Assembly (NCBI GenBank): GCA_035513775.1
Contig: DATKBR010000078.1
Span: 3,551-67,550, forward strand
Source: Candidatus Limnocylindria bacterium
Lineage (GTDB): Bacteria > Chloroflexota > Limnocylindria > Limnocylindrales > CSP1-4
Length of the DNA stretch: 64,000 nucleotides
Direction of reading: 5' to 3'
The notes under the pieces are model-generated. The model had not been told where the DNA came from, searched no databases, and saw nothing but the letters and a program-made list of their open reading frames with translations. Position 1 is the first letter of the stretch; every line of letters starts with the position of its first letter. The translations under genes and the position numbers were made by a program. Below are positions 1 to 9,290 of this stretch, in pieces.

Positions 1-1
1 G

Positions 2-217
2 GCCGTTGAAAAGGCGCGTAACGCCGCGAACAAGGCGAAGGCGTTGGCGACGCAGGCTGCAGACGCAGCGACCCTGCTGATCGGGGAGGCCGGGATCGAC
101 AAGGCGAAGGCCAACCACGACGTTGACATCGCCGAGGATGCAGAGTCTGACGCCCGAGACGCTTTCCATAAGGCTGAGGACAAGGCTTTCGACCACGCCA
201 AGGGGAACGCCGACTAG
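2..217 (+). CDS. 3' end of an upstream gene (partial, C-terminal 71 aa); Ala/Lys-rich low-complexity hypothetical protein
   Basis: Open frame runs from the window edge to TAG at 215-217. Translation ...AVEKARNAANKAKALATQAADAATLLIGEAGIDKAKANHD... No recognisable family. Confidence 0.3.
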   Translation, partial: AVEKARNAANKAKALATQAADAATLLIGEAGIDKAKANHDVDIAEDAESDARDAFHKAEDKAFDHAKGNAD

Positions 218-299
218 CGACACGTTCCCTCGCCCGCGATCTGCGCCGAGGAACGCGCGTCACCGATCCCCTGGCCGACTGACCGGCGGGTGCCCCGGG

Positions 300-1259
300 C
301 TACTCGAGCAGGTAGCGCGGCACCTCGTTGAGCAGGGGCTCGCCCGCCGCGAAGCGGCGGATCTGGTCACCGGCCATCTCGAAGCAGCGGATCGTCGTCG
401 ACGGTGAATCGCCGGCCATGTGCGAGGTGATCAGCACGTTCGGCAGCGCCCACAGCGGGTGGTCCATCGGCAGCGGCTCCGGATCGACGACGTCGAGCGC
501 GGCGCGCAGGCGGCCCGACGCCAGCTCGCGAACCAGGGCCTCCGTGACCACCGTTCGGCCGCGGCCGGCGTTGATCACGAGGGCGCCGTCGGGCAGGAGC
601 GCAAGGCGCCGGGCGTCGATGAGCCCGGCCGTCTCGGTGGTCAGCGGCAACATGCACACGAGGATGTCCGCGGTGGGCAGGATCTCGTCGAGCTCGGCAA
701 GGGCCCGCACCCCATCGCGGGCCGTCCGGCCTACGCCGATGACCTCGACCTCGAACGGGCGCAGGCGCGCGGCGATCGCGCTCCCGATCGCGCCCATGCC
801 GAGGATGGCGACGCGGCGGCCCTCGAGCTCGTCCGGCTCGAAGAAGTCCCACTCGGCCTTCGCCTGCTGGTCGCGGGACCGAATGTGACCGCGCTGCATG
901 GCGAGGATCGCGCCCATGACCCACTCGGCAAGCGGCCGGTCGTAGATCCCGCGGGCGTTGCAGACCATGACGTGCTCCGGCACCAACCCCGTGAGCCAGT
1001 CGACGCCCGCGCTCAGGGTCTGGATCACCCGGAGCCGGCCCGGCGGGCCGGCGAGCAGCTCGTACACCGGCTGGCGTGCGGGACCGAGTGGCACGATCAG
1101 GTCCACGTTGGCGAGATCCGGCATCGGGCCGGCGTCGGCCTTCGTCGGGTAGAGGACGACCTCGACGTTCGACGGGAACTCGCCCATGTGCGTCCGCTCG
1201 GGCATGTCCGGGAGCGCGACGACGACCCGGCCGTCGGGCGCCGCGGATCGATCGGTCAT
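300..1259 (-). CDS. D-isomer-specific 2-hydroxyacid dehydrogenase (NAD-binding)
   Basis: 319-aa ORF with a Rossmann motif ILGMGAIGSAIAARL and a catalytic-region pattern typical of the D-2-hydroxyacid DH family. Its ATG at 1257-1259 overlaps the TGA of the upstream MttB-family gene (ATGA). Confidence 0.8.
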   Translation of the reverse strand: MTDRSAAPDGRVVVALPDMPERTHMGEFPSNVEVVLYPTKADAGPMPDLANVDLIVPLGPARQPVYELLAGPPGRLRVIQTLSAGVDWLTGLVPEHVMVCNARGIYDRPLAEWVMGAILAMQRGHIRSRDQQAKAEWDFFEPDELEGRRVAILGMGAIGSAIAARLRPFEVEVIGVGRTARDGVRALAELDEILPTADILVCMLPLTTETAGLIDARRLALLPDGALVINAGRGRTVVTEALVRELASGRLRAALDVVDPEPLPMDHPLWALPNVLITSHMAGDSPSTTIRCFEMAGDQIRRFAAGEPLLNEVPRYLLE

Positions 1260-2752
1260 GCGCTCTCCTTCGCGATCTCGCGCTTCCGCCGTTCGACGAA
1301 CGCGTCGAGCGCCTCAGCGGTCGCCGGAGAGAGCGGCGGGGGCTCGTACTCCGCCAGTAGCTGCTTCCAGATCCGGGTCGCTCGCTGGGTGGCGGTCTGC
1401 TCGCCGTCCTCCTGCCATGTCTCGAAGTTCCGCCAGTCGGCGAGCATGGGCTGGTAGAACGCGGTCTCGAACCGCTCGATGGTGTGGGCGGTCCCGAAGA
1501 AGTGCCCGCCGGGCCCGACCTCGGCGATTGCATCGAGCCCGAGCTCGGCGTCGTTCACCGGGAAGGGCACCAGGACCTCGGCCATCTGCTGGAGCAGCTC
1601 CGCGTCGAGGATCAGCTTCTCGAACGACGCGGTCAGCCCGCCTTCGAGCCAGCCGGCGCCCTGGTACAGCAGGCTCGCGCCGCCCATGACGGAGCCCCAG
1701 ATTGACATCTCGCTCTCCCAGGCGGCCTGCGCGTCGACGACCACTGACCCCGTGACGTTCGAGGAGCGGTGCGGCAGGCCGTAGCGGCGGGCGAGCTGTC
1801 CGGTCGCGAGACAGGCCTTCACGTACTCCGGCGTCCCGAACGCGGGCGATCCGGTGCGCATGTCCACGTTCGAGGTGAAGCCGCCGTAGACCATCGGCGT
1901 GCCGGGCCGGACGATCTGGGCGAGGGCGACCATGAACAGGGCCTCGGCGTTCTGCTGGGCGAGCGCGCCGGCAAGGGTCGCCGGGGTCATCGCGCCGGCG
2001 AGGGTGAACGGCGTCGCGACGACCGGCTGGCCCCAGGTCGCCATCTCGATCAACCCGTCGGACATCGGCCCGTCCAGGCGCAACGGCGAGTTCGAGTTGA
2101 CGATCGTCATGAGGCTCGGCTCGCGGACGAGCTGGTCGCGGTCCACGCCGCGGGTGATGCAGGCGACCTCGATGGCATCATCGACGACGACCCGGCCGAA
2201 GGCGAGGCACTGCCACGTCTTGTCGAGCAGCGTCGAGAGCGTCCGGTACATGTCGAGGTGCCGCGTCTCGACCGGCAGGTCCGTCGGCTCGAGGGGGCCG
2301 CCACCCTCCTGGTGGATGATGTCGAGGCTGCCGATCACGCGGACGAACGCGTCGAAGTCGGCGGCGTTGCCGGCCCGCCGGCCGCGATCGAGGTCGGTGA
2401 CGAAGGCCGGCCCGCCGACCGCGCCGAAGACCAGGTGCCGGTCCCCGAACACGAGCCCGCGCTCGGGGTTCCGCGCGTGCAGCTCGAAGCGCGACGGCGC
2501 TAGCGCGACCAGCTCCTCGACCTGGGCGGGGTCCAGGCGCACGCGCCCCGCCTGTCCGCGGGCGCCGTTTTCGCGCGCGACCCGCGCCCCGGCGCCTTCG
2601 AAGCGGTCCAGCGCGCCGGCTCCGAGTACCTCCATGCCGATGTCGCGCAGGATCGTCAGGGATGCGCGATGGATCGCCTCGACCTGGTCGGCGGAAATGA
2701 TCTCGACCGGCGCGTACGGGTTGACGATGCGGCGCCACGGAAGCCGGGGCAC
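1256..2752 (-). CDS. MttB-superfamily (trimethylamine/glycine-betaine:corrinoid) methyltransferase, non-Pyl type
   Basis: N-terminal ...NPYAPVEIISADQVEAIHRASLTILRDIGMEV... matches the MttB-family N-terminus, and the protein is ~498 aa. The track ORF (to 3040) carries an Arg-rich N-terminal extension that looks artefactual. The proposed start is the GTG at 2750-2752; start uncertain. Confidence 0.6.
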   Translation of the reverse strand: MPRLPWRRIVNPYAPVEIISADQVEAIHRASLTILRDIGMEVLGAGALDRFEGAGARVARENGARGQAGRVRLDPAQVEELVALAPSRFELHARNPERGLVFGDRHLVFGAVGGPAFVTDLDRGRRAGNAADFDAFVRVIGSLDIIHQEGGGPLEPTDLPVETRHLDMYRTLSTLLDKTWQCLAFGRVVVDDAIEVACITRGVDRDQLVREPSLMTIVNSNSPLRLDGPMSDGLIEMATWGQPVVATPFTLAGAMTPATLAGALAQQNAEALFMVALAQIVRPGTPMVYGGFTSNVDMRTGSPAFGTPEYVKACLATGQLARRYGLPHRSSNVTGSVVVDAQAAWESEMSIWGSVMGGASLLYQGAGWLEGGLTASFEKLILDAELLQQMAEVLVPFPVNDAELGLDAIAEVGPGGHFFGTAHTIERFETAFYQPMLADWRNFETWQEDGEQTATQRATRIWKQLLAEYEPPPLSPATAEALDAFVERRKREIAKESA

Positions 2753-2946
2753 TCCGCCGCCGACGCGACGCGGATTCCGGCCGCGGGCACGGACAACGCG
2801 CGTGGGCTCGTTCTCGAGGCGTTCGGGCACGCTTCCACGATACGGCGTGGCTCGGGGGCGTTCCCGACGGTTCGGGGAGTGTCCGGCGCTCCGGGGCTCC
2901 GCTGCGTGACATACAACCCGGCACGGATGCCCTCTAGGCTTGCAAC

Positions 2947-5900
2947 GTGCAACTGATCGACGGCCAGCCCGTTTACGCGGCGACGGACCTCGTAGGCTTC
3001 CTCGCCTGCTCCCACCGGCTGGCGCTGGAACGCGCCGCACTCGGCGGGCTGGTGAAGAAGCCGATCCGGGCCGATCCCGCCATGGACCTCATTGCCAAGC
3101 GGGGCACCGCGCACGAGCAGCGCTATCGGGATGAGCTGATTGCGAGCGGGCGAACGGTCGTGGAGATCACGCCTGACGGCTCGATCGCGGACCGCGGCGA
3201 CGTCTTGCGCGCGGCCGCGGCCGCCACGATCGATGCGCTCAAGCGCGGCGTCGACATCGTCTACCAGGCGACGTTCTTCGACGGCCGCTGGGTCGGCTAC
3301 GCGGACTTCCTGCTCAAGATGGACACGCCCAGCGACCTCGGCCCGTGGTCGTACGAGGTTGCGGACACGAAGCTGGCGCGGAGCATCAAGGGCAGCGCTG
3401 TGCTCCAGATCTGCTCGTACGTGGAGCAGCTGACCGCGATCCAGGGCGTCCAGCCCGAGCTGTTGCACGTGGTCCTCGGCGGCAGCAAGCGCGAGACCGC
3501 GTCCCTGCGGGTCGCGGATTACATGGCCTACTACCGGCGGGTCAAGGCCGAGTTCGAGGCTGCCGTCAGTGCCGGCGAGCCGGTGTACCCCGTGACAGCG
3601 ACCTACCCCGATCCCGTCGAGCACTGCGACATCTGCAAGTGGGTGGTCGACTGCAAGGCGCAGCGGCGGCGCGACGACGACCTGTCGCTGGTCGCCGGGA
3701 TCACCGCGCGGCAACGGCGCGCGCTCAAGGATCGGGCGATCCGGCATCGGCGCGAGCTCGCCGTCCTCGAGTTGCCGATGGATCCGCGCCTCGAGGGGGT
3801 GAGCGGCCAGGCTCTGGAACGGGTTCGGGAGCAGGCGCGCATCCAGGTCCAGGGCGAGGATGCCAGGGAGCCCAGGTGGGAGCTGCTGGCGCCGGAGCTC
3901 GACGACGACGGCGCGCTCGTCGCCGACCGCGGGTTCACGGTGCTCCCCGAGCCGACGCCGCACGACCTGTTCTTCGACATCGAAGGTGACCCGTTCGCGC
4001 TGGAGGACGGGGTCGAGTACCTGTTCGGCGTGCTGGAGCCTGGCGTTGGCGACCCGGCACGGCCCGGCGAGCCCATGTTCCACGAGATCTGGAGTCGCGC
4101 GTCGGACGGCACCGTCACGCGGGCCGCGGAGAAGGCCGCCTTCGAGCAACTGGTTGACCTGCTGACCGCGAGCCTGGACGCCGACCCGGCTATGCACGTC
4201 TACCACTACGCCGCGTACGAGAAATCGGCCCTCACGCGCCTCGCCCAGCGGCACGGAACCCGCGAGGAGGCAGTGGACCGCCTGCTCCGCGGTCGTGTGC
4301 TCGTGGACCTGTTCCGCGTCGTCCGCCAGGGCATCCGGGCAAGCGTCGAGAGCTACTCGATCAAGCGGCTGGAACCGCTCTACGGGCTGGTCCGCGAGGT
4401 CGAGCTGCAGAGCGCCGGCTCCAGCATCGTGGCCTTCGAGGCCTGGCTGGAGGGCGGCAGATCCGAGACCGGCGAGATGGGCGAGGACATCCTGCGCGCC
4501 ATCGCCGGCTACAACCGCGACGACGTCGTGAGCAACCTGAAGCTCCGGGACTTCCTCGAGGACCGCCGGCGAGATCTCGAAACGAAGCTCGGGATGCCGG
4601 TCCCCCGGCCGCCGCTCCAGCCCGAGGCCGAAGCGCCGAAGCAGCTCACCGAGAAGGAGCTGCGCACGGCGGACCTCGTCGCGAGGCTCACGAGCGGGGC
4701 CGCGGCGGAGCGCTCCGAGCAGACCGACGACGAGCACGCGCGCTGGCTGCTGGGCCAGCTCCTCGACTGGCACAGGCGCGAGGACAAGGCCTTCTGGTGG
4801 CGCTTCTTCGACCTTGCCGGGAAGACGGACGAGGAGCTCGTGGACGAGCGCGAGCCCCTCGGGCGCCTCGAGTTCATCGACGACCTGGGCGCCATGAACA
4901 GGGCCGGCAGCGTCCTGCAGCGGTTCCGGTTCCCGCTCCAGGACCACGGCCTCAAGGAGGGCACGCAGGTCGTCAACCCGGAGAGCGTCGCGGATCACGG
5001 CCCGGACGGCTGCGGCAGCGTGCACGCGATCGACGAGCTCGAGCTCGTGGTCACGCTCAAGCGCTCGAAGAAGGACCTCCAGATGGGCGACCGCCCGAAG
5101 GCGCTGATCCCCTTCGACTACTTCCAGACCGGTGTGATGCGGGACTCGCTGGCCAGGACGGCCGAGTGGGTGCTCCAGCACGGCCTGGAGGCGCCCGGCA
5201 TCAGGCGCGCGGCGCTGGACCTCCTCGCGCGCCGGCCGCCGCGGACACGGGAGCGAGAGTCGTCGCTCCAGCGGACCGGTGAGACGCCGCTCCAGGCGGC
5301 GGTCCGACTGGGACTGGCACTCGATGGCGGGACGCTCGCCATCCAGGGGCCGCCCGGAAGCGGCAAGACGTATACCGCGGCCCGGATGATCGTCGCCCTC
5401 GTCCGCGAGGGCCGGCGCGTCGGTATCACCGCGAATAGCCACAAGGTCATCGGGCATGCCCTCGACAAGGTCCGCGAGGCCGCCGTCGAAGCAGGCGTCG
5501 TGGTCGGCATCGGCCAGAAGCCGGCCGCCGACGAGCCTCCGACATGCGCGGACGCGAGGCCACTCGGGACGACCGCGGCGGTCAAGGCCGCCCTCCTGAC
5601 GAAGGAGGTCGACGTCGTGGGCGGGACGGCGTGGCTCTGGTCGTCGGCCGAGATGGAGGGCTCGGTCGACGTGCTGTTCGTCGACGAGGCCGGGCAGTTC
5701 TCGCTGGCGAACGCGATTGCCGTCGCGCCCGCCGGCGGGTCGCTCGTCCTGCTCGGTGACCCACAGCAGCTGGACCAGCCCCTGCAGGGCAGCCACCCGC
5801 CGGGTGCAGAGCGGAGCGCGCTCGGCCATGTGCTCGACGGCGAGGCGGTCATTCGCGCCGACCTCGGCCTCTTCCTCGCCGATACGTGGCGCCTCCACCC

Positions 5901-6633
5901 CGACGTCTGCGACTTCACCTCGGAGGTGTTCTACGAGGATCGGCTCGAATCCGAACCGTCCCTCTCGGAGCAGGCGCTCGTGGGCGTGGCGCCGGCCGAT
6001 GGCACTGGCGTGCGCTGGCTGCCGGTACAGCACGACGGCAACGCAACCGAATCGATCGACGAGGCCGCGGTGATCGCGGGGCTCGTGCGCGAGCTGCTCG
6101 ACGCCGGGGCGACGTGGACGGATCGGAAGGGCGTCACGAAGCCAGTCGAGCTCCGCGACATCCTGATCGTCGCCCCGTACAACGCCCACGTGGAGCGAAT
6201 CCGCCGAACGCTCGCCGCCGTGGGCCTCCTGACGGACCGCGTCGGTACGGTGGACAAGTTCCAGGGCCAGGAGGCGCCCATTTCGATCTACTCGATGGCC
6301 ACCTCGACCCCGGAGGAGGCGCCTCGCGGGATGGAGTTCCTGTATTCGCTGCACCGGCTCAACGTGGCGACGTCGCGGGCCCGTTGCGCAGCGATCGTGG
6401 TCGCGTCACCGGCCCTCATCCGGGTGGCCTGCCACACGCCGCGCCAGATGCAGCTCGCCAACGCACTGTGCCGGCTGGTGGAGGTGGCGCAGGGCGACAC
6501 CGACGGCGGGATTGGGCATGTCCCGCCCAATCGACCGCCCGGCCCAATCCCCAGCCCAGGCCCTGTGTCGAATCCGCTCGCAGGCGGCGGATCAGCCGCT
6601 GAGCAGCTCAGCTGGCTCGAGGGCGACCGCTGA
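2947..6633 (+). CDS. Large three-domain protein: RecB/Cas4-like PD-(D/E)xK nuclease (TM0106 family) + DEDD/RNaseH-like region + SF1 (Upf1/Dna2-like) helicase
   Basis: 1228 aa. N-terminus has GFLACSHRLALE and EHCDICKWVVDC (1+3 Cys Fe-S pattern of Cas4/AddB nucleases). Middle has LFFDIEGDP (DEDD-like). C-terminus has Walker A GPPGSGKT, Walker B VLFVDEAGQ, LLGDPQQL, VDKFQGQE and LNVATSRAR (motif VI). The opposite-strand 1232-aa ORF is a shadow. Confidence 0.8.
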   Translation: MQLIDGQPVYAATDLVGFLACSHRLALERAALGGLVKKPIRADPAMDLIAKRGTAHEQRYRDELIASGRTVVEITPDGSIADRGDVLRAAAAATIDALKRGVDIVYQATFFDGRWVGYADFLLKMDTPSDLGPWSYEVADTKLARSIKGSAVLQICSYVEQLTAIQGVQPELLHVVLGGSKRETASLRVADYMAYYRRVKAEFEAAVSAGEPVYPVTATYPDPVEHCDICKWVVDCKAQRRRDDDLSLVAGITARQRRALKDRAIRHRRELAVLELPMDPRLEGVSGQALERVREQARIQVQGEDAREPRWELLAPELDDDGALVADRGFTVLPEPTPHDLFFDIEGDPFALEDGVEYLFGVLEPGVGDPARPGEPMFHEIWSRASDGTVTRAAEKAAFEQLVDLLTASLDADPAMHVYHYAAYEKSALTRLAQRHGTREEAVDRLLRGRVLVDLFRVVRQGIRASVESYSIKRLEPLYGLVREVELQSAGSSIVAFEAWLEGGRSETGEMGEDILRAIAGYNRDDVVSNLKLRDFLEDRRRDLETKLGMPVPRPPLQPEAEAPKQLTEKELRTADLVARLTSGAAAERSEQTDDEHARWLLGQLLDWHRREDKAFWWRFFDLAGKTDEELVDEREPLGRLEFIDDLGAMNRAGSVLQRFRFPLQDHGLKEGTQVVNPESVADHGPDGCGSVHAIDELELVVTLKRSKKDLQMGDRPKALIPFDYFQTGVMRDSLARTAEWVLQHGLEAPGIRRAALDLLARRPPRTRERESSLQRTGETPLQAAVRLGLALDGGTLAIQGPPGSGKTYTAARMIVALVREGRRVGITANSHKVIGHALDKVREAAVEAGVVVGIGQKPAADEPPTCADARPLGTTAAVKAALLTKEVDVVGGTAWLWSSAEMEGSVDVLFVDEAGQFSLANAIAVAPAGGSLVLLGDPQQLDQPLQGSHPPGAERSALGHVLDGEAVIRADLGLFLADTWRLHPDVCDFTSEVFYEDRLESEPSLSEQALVGVAPADGTGVRWLPVQHDGNATESIDEAAVIAGLVRELLDAGATWTDRKGVTKPVELRDILIVAPYNAHVERIRRTLAAVGLLTDRVGTVDKFQGQEAPISIYSMATSTPEEAPRGMEFLYSLHRLNVATSRARCAAIVVASPALIRVACHTPRQMQLANALCRLVEVAQGDTDGGIGHVPPNRPPGPIPSPGPVSNPLAGGGSAAEQLSWLEGDR

Positions 6634-6815
6634 CCTACGCGTAGTGTCGGGCGCCGACGGAAACCGATACACGAGGTGGAAAAAGGCGGCGCCGGACCAT
6701 GCGTGCCGCGGTGGGTCGCTCACCTGGGTACGACACGGCCGGCGCCATGGGAAAGAGCGCGGCGCGAGCCGGGGGGCTCGCGCCGCTGAATATCATTCCG
6801 AACGGAAACAGATGC

Positions 6816-7244
6816 CTAGACCGGCTCCCGCTTGATCAGGTTCACGGCCCACAGGACGATGACCTCGAGGATCGTCCAGCCAACGAGTGCGGCGATCGCG
6901 GCGATGTCGAGGATCGAGCCGCTCTCGCGGAGCGCGTCGGTGTCGAAGATCCCGATGAATGGGGCGACGAAGATCTGGCTGGTGTTCAGGATCAGCGCGA
7001 CCAGATCGTTTCCTTCGCGTGCGTTGAGCAGCAGAAGGGCGATGCGCATGACGATGAGCAGCTGGATGATCCCGAAGATCAGGACCACGATACGGCGAAG
7101 CATCTCGCCGCCGCTCGGCTTCATCTCGGTGGTGTCGACGACCGCCGAGCGGCGGGTCGTGGCCACGGGAGCCGCCGGTTCGGTGTCGTCGACGACCAGG
7201 GGGTCGCCATCCACTTGCGTGGTGACTCGACGTTCGGACGTCAT
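6816..7244 (-). CDS. YggT-like integral membrane protein
   Basis: 142 aa with hydrophobic helices (LLRRIVVLIFGIIQLLIVMRIALLLL...). AGGAGGG RBS 6 nt upstream of the ATG at 7242-7244. Confidence 0.55.
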   Translation of the reverse strand: MTSERRVTTQVDGDPLVVDDTEPAAPVATTRRSAVVDTTEMKPSGGEMLRRIVVLIFGIIQLLIVMRIALLLLNAREGNDLVALILNTSQIFVAPFIGIFDTDALRESGSILDIAAIAALVGWTILEVIVLWAVNLIKREPV

Positions 7245-7352
7245 TTCGTTAAATCCCTCCTAATGGATGGCACCAGCGTCGCTCTGCATGGATGCACGGC
7301 GGGCTTCACCGACCGGGGCAGCCCTTGCAGCAGCGGTGCAGGTGTCGCCGGC

Positions 7353-7592
7353 TCACATGTGGTGGGCGGGTGGCTCCACGTCGGGCAGGAGATCGGGTTG
7401 ACCCGTCGCGATCCCACGATCGGGATCGGAATCGATCCGCTCCCCTGGTCGCTGGGGCAGGTCGTCGTTGCGGTCGGCAGGGAGCTCGGTGTCCTCGCCC
7501 GGGAACTCCATTTTCGGTTCGCCCTCGGTACGGTCGTTCCCCGGCGACGTCGGCTGGTCGCGATCGCCGGGGTCGATGTTGCCTGATCCCAT
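7353..7592 (-). CDS. Small highly acidic hypothetical protein (79 aa)
   Basis: ORF immediately upstream of the YggT-like gene on the same strand, with a GGAGA-like RBS. Sequence is disordered and D/E/P-rich with no family match. May not be a real gene. Confidence 0.25.
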   Translation of the reverse strand: MGSGNIDPGDRDQPTSPGNDRTEGEPKMEFPGEDTELPADRNDDLPQRPGERIDSDPDRGIATGQPDLLPDVEPPAHHM

Positions 7593-7857
7593 GTGGTCTC
7601 CAGTCGTGTTCAGTTCATCGGGCGGCGCCCAGCGGCGCGCGCCCCGTCACCATGCGCCGGGCGGGCTTCCACGCATGCCGGCCAAGGGGCCGCCGCACTT
7701 GCAACTGGCTTGCGGAGCCTCCCGGCCGGGGCGTCGACTCGACGTTCAGCGGGCCCAGGGCGTCACGACACTGCAACGGCTGGTTCGGGTCGCGTTGTCG
7801 CCCCGTGCCCTGCGCGGGCGAACATGGAGGGGAACCCACGCATAAGGAGCACCACGT

Positions 7858-8259
7858 ATGACCGCTTTCACCTTGCCAGAGATCGATCGCTCGACGCTCG
7901 ACGAGCTCAAGAAGCGATTCCCGAGCCTGTCGGAGATCGAGCTGCCGAAGATGGAGAACGTCGGCAAGTCCGCTGACGAGGCCGTCGATCGCCTGCTCGG
8001 TCGATCCAAGGCGCCAGTGTGGCCCTGGATCGCAACCGGCATCGGCCTGGTCGCCGTCATCGGCGCAATCGCGGCGTACTTCGCGTGGTTCCGACGCCCG
8101 ACGTGGGAGTCCCCCACCGACTGGTCCGCCGACAACGCGGCCACCGAACCCGAGGGCTCACTCGAGTCCGATGCGATGGCCGACAGCACGATCGGCAACC
8201 GGGGCCTCGGCTCCGAGTCGCAGTTCGACGCGACCCGCTCTCCGGTCGAGGAAGCCTGA
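7858..8259 (+). CDS. Hypothetical single-pass membrane protein
   Basis: 133 aa. Strong RBS AAGGAG 8 nt before the ATG at 7858. Central TM segment WIATGIGLVAVIGAIAAYFAWF. Confidence 0.55.
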   Translation: MTAFTLPEIDRSTLDELKKRFPSLSEIELPKMENVGKSADEAVDRLLGRSKAPVWPWIATGIGLVAVIGAIAAYFAWFRRPTWESPTDWSADNAATEPEGSLESDAMADSTIGNRGLGSESQFDATRSPVEEA

Positions 8260-9290
8260 TTCCTCGTGGAGACGCTGGTCACGCTCCTCGCGACCACGCT
8301 CCTCCTGACCGGCCTGGCGCTCTGGCGCCTGCCCATCGGGGGAATGCGCGCAGTGCCAACACTGCGCGGCCCTGAAGCTCGCAACCGAGCGCGAGACCGA
8401 AGTCAAGACGAGCCCGGCCTACGGGATCCCGCTCTGCCCGGCCTGCGGCTCGCACCACGGACAGGAGGAGCCGCACAAGCGGTGACTCGACGGGGACTGA
8501 CTCGGTAGCAGAGCAGATACGGGATTGTCACTGGGCGGCCCGGGACGGCAGCGACGCCGGCCTGGGCCGCTCGATTCATGGTCGGGCCGACAGAGTCACG
8601 CCACCGGTGTCGGCGCTCCTCGGCGTTGGGCGCCTCCGTCTCACCCCCTCCGGGCTTCGCCCAACCACCAGACTCGCCTGCGAGTCCCCGCGCGCGTCGC
8701 GCGCTGAACCGAGTCGCCCGCTGATACCGAGATGCGATGGGCTGATCGATCCCGCTAGTGCGCCCGATGCCGGGGATCCCCGAACGTGTGCAGTACGCCC
8801 CGCCATCGAGTCGGGACATCTGCTAGATCAAGGGAGACAGAGCTGTGGACCAGCGCACGTTCCATCCCGGCGGCGCTGCGCTTGGCCGCCGCCGAATCCG
8901 GCCCGGAGCGGCGGTGATGCGGGCGACGTCGCCGGCCCGGTCCACCAACGCCGCGGTGCGACTGACGGGTTCGTCGATGCGGGTGATGGAGGCCAGCCTG
9001 GCCGTCGTCGCGATCGCCACCGCCATCCTGATCGGGCTCGGCCGCTAGCGAATCGGGCTCGGCCGCCTGGAATCCGGATCGGCCTCGTCGGCCGCAGCGA
9101 ATGTGCTCGGCCACCGACCAAGCGACTGGCGACCGTCAGGACCCGCAATGCACCCACCGGGCGCGACCGCAGCCCGGACACGACCCCGCAGCCCGGACAC
9201 GACCGCAGCGGATCCACCCAACCGTCGAGTTCGGGCGTCGTGGCTTTAGGCCCTGGAGATGCCGGCGCACTTGCGCGCGGTGCTGCGGAG

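Noticed and set aside
367-1533. Long Arg/Pro/Gly-rich ORFs overlapping the 2-hydroxyacid dehydrogenase (and similar ORFs throughout, e.g. 12418-14433, 17452-18636, 30774-33293)
   Set aside because: GC-bias artefacts antisense to, or out of frame with, genes that have clear family signatures.
2656-6354. 1232-aa ORF on the minus strand opposite the nuclease-helicase gene
   Set aside because: Shadow ORF typical of high-GC DNA. It is Arg/Ala/Gly-rich low complexity with no motifs, whereas the plus-strand frame carries complete nuclease and helicase motifs.
8266-8508. 80-codon ORF starting at a GTG right after the 7858-8259 gene
   Set aside because: No RBS. Arg/Pro-rich after a short hydrophobic start. 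Likely non-coding.
8996-9210. Possible CRISPR array suggested by direct repeats
   Set aside because: Only two copies of each repeat (15 bp and 19 bp). No regular repeat-spacer periodicity and no cas genes. These are tandem duplications, not CRISPR.
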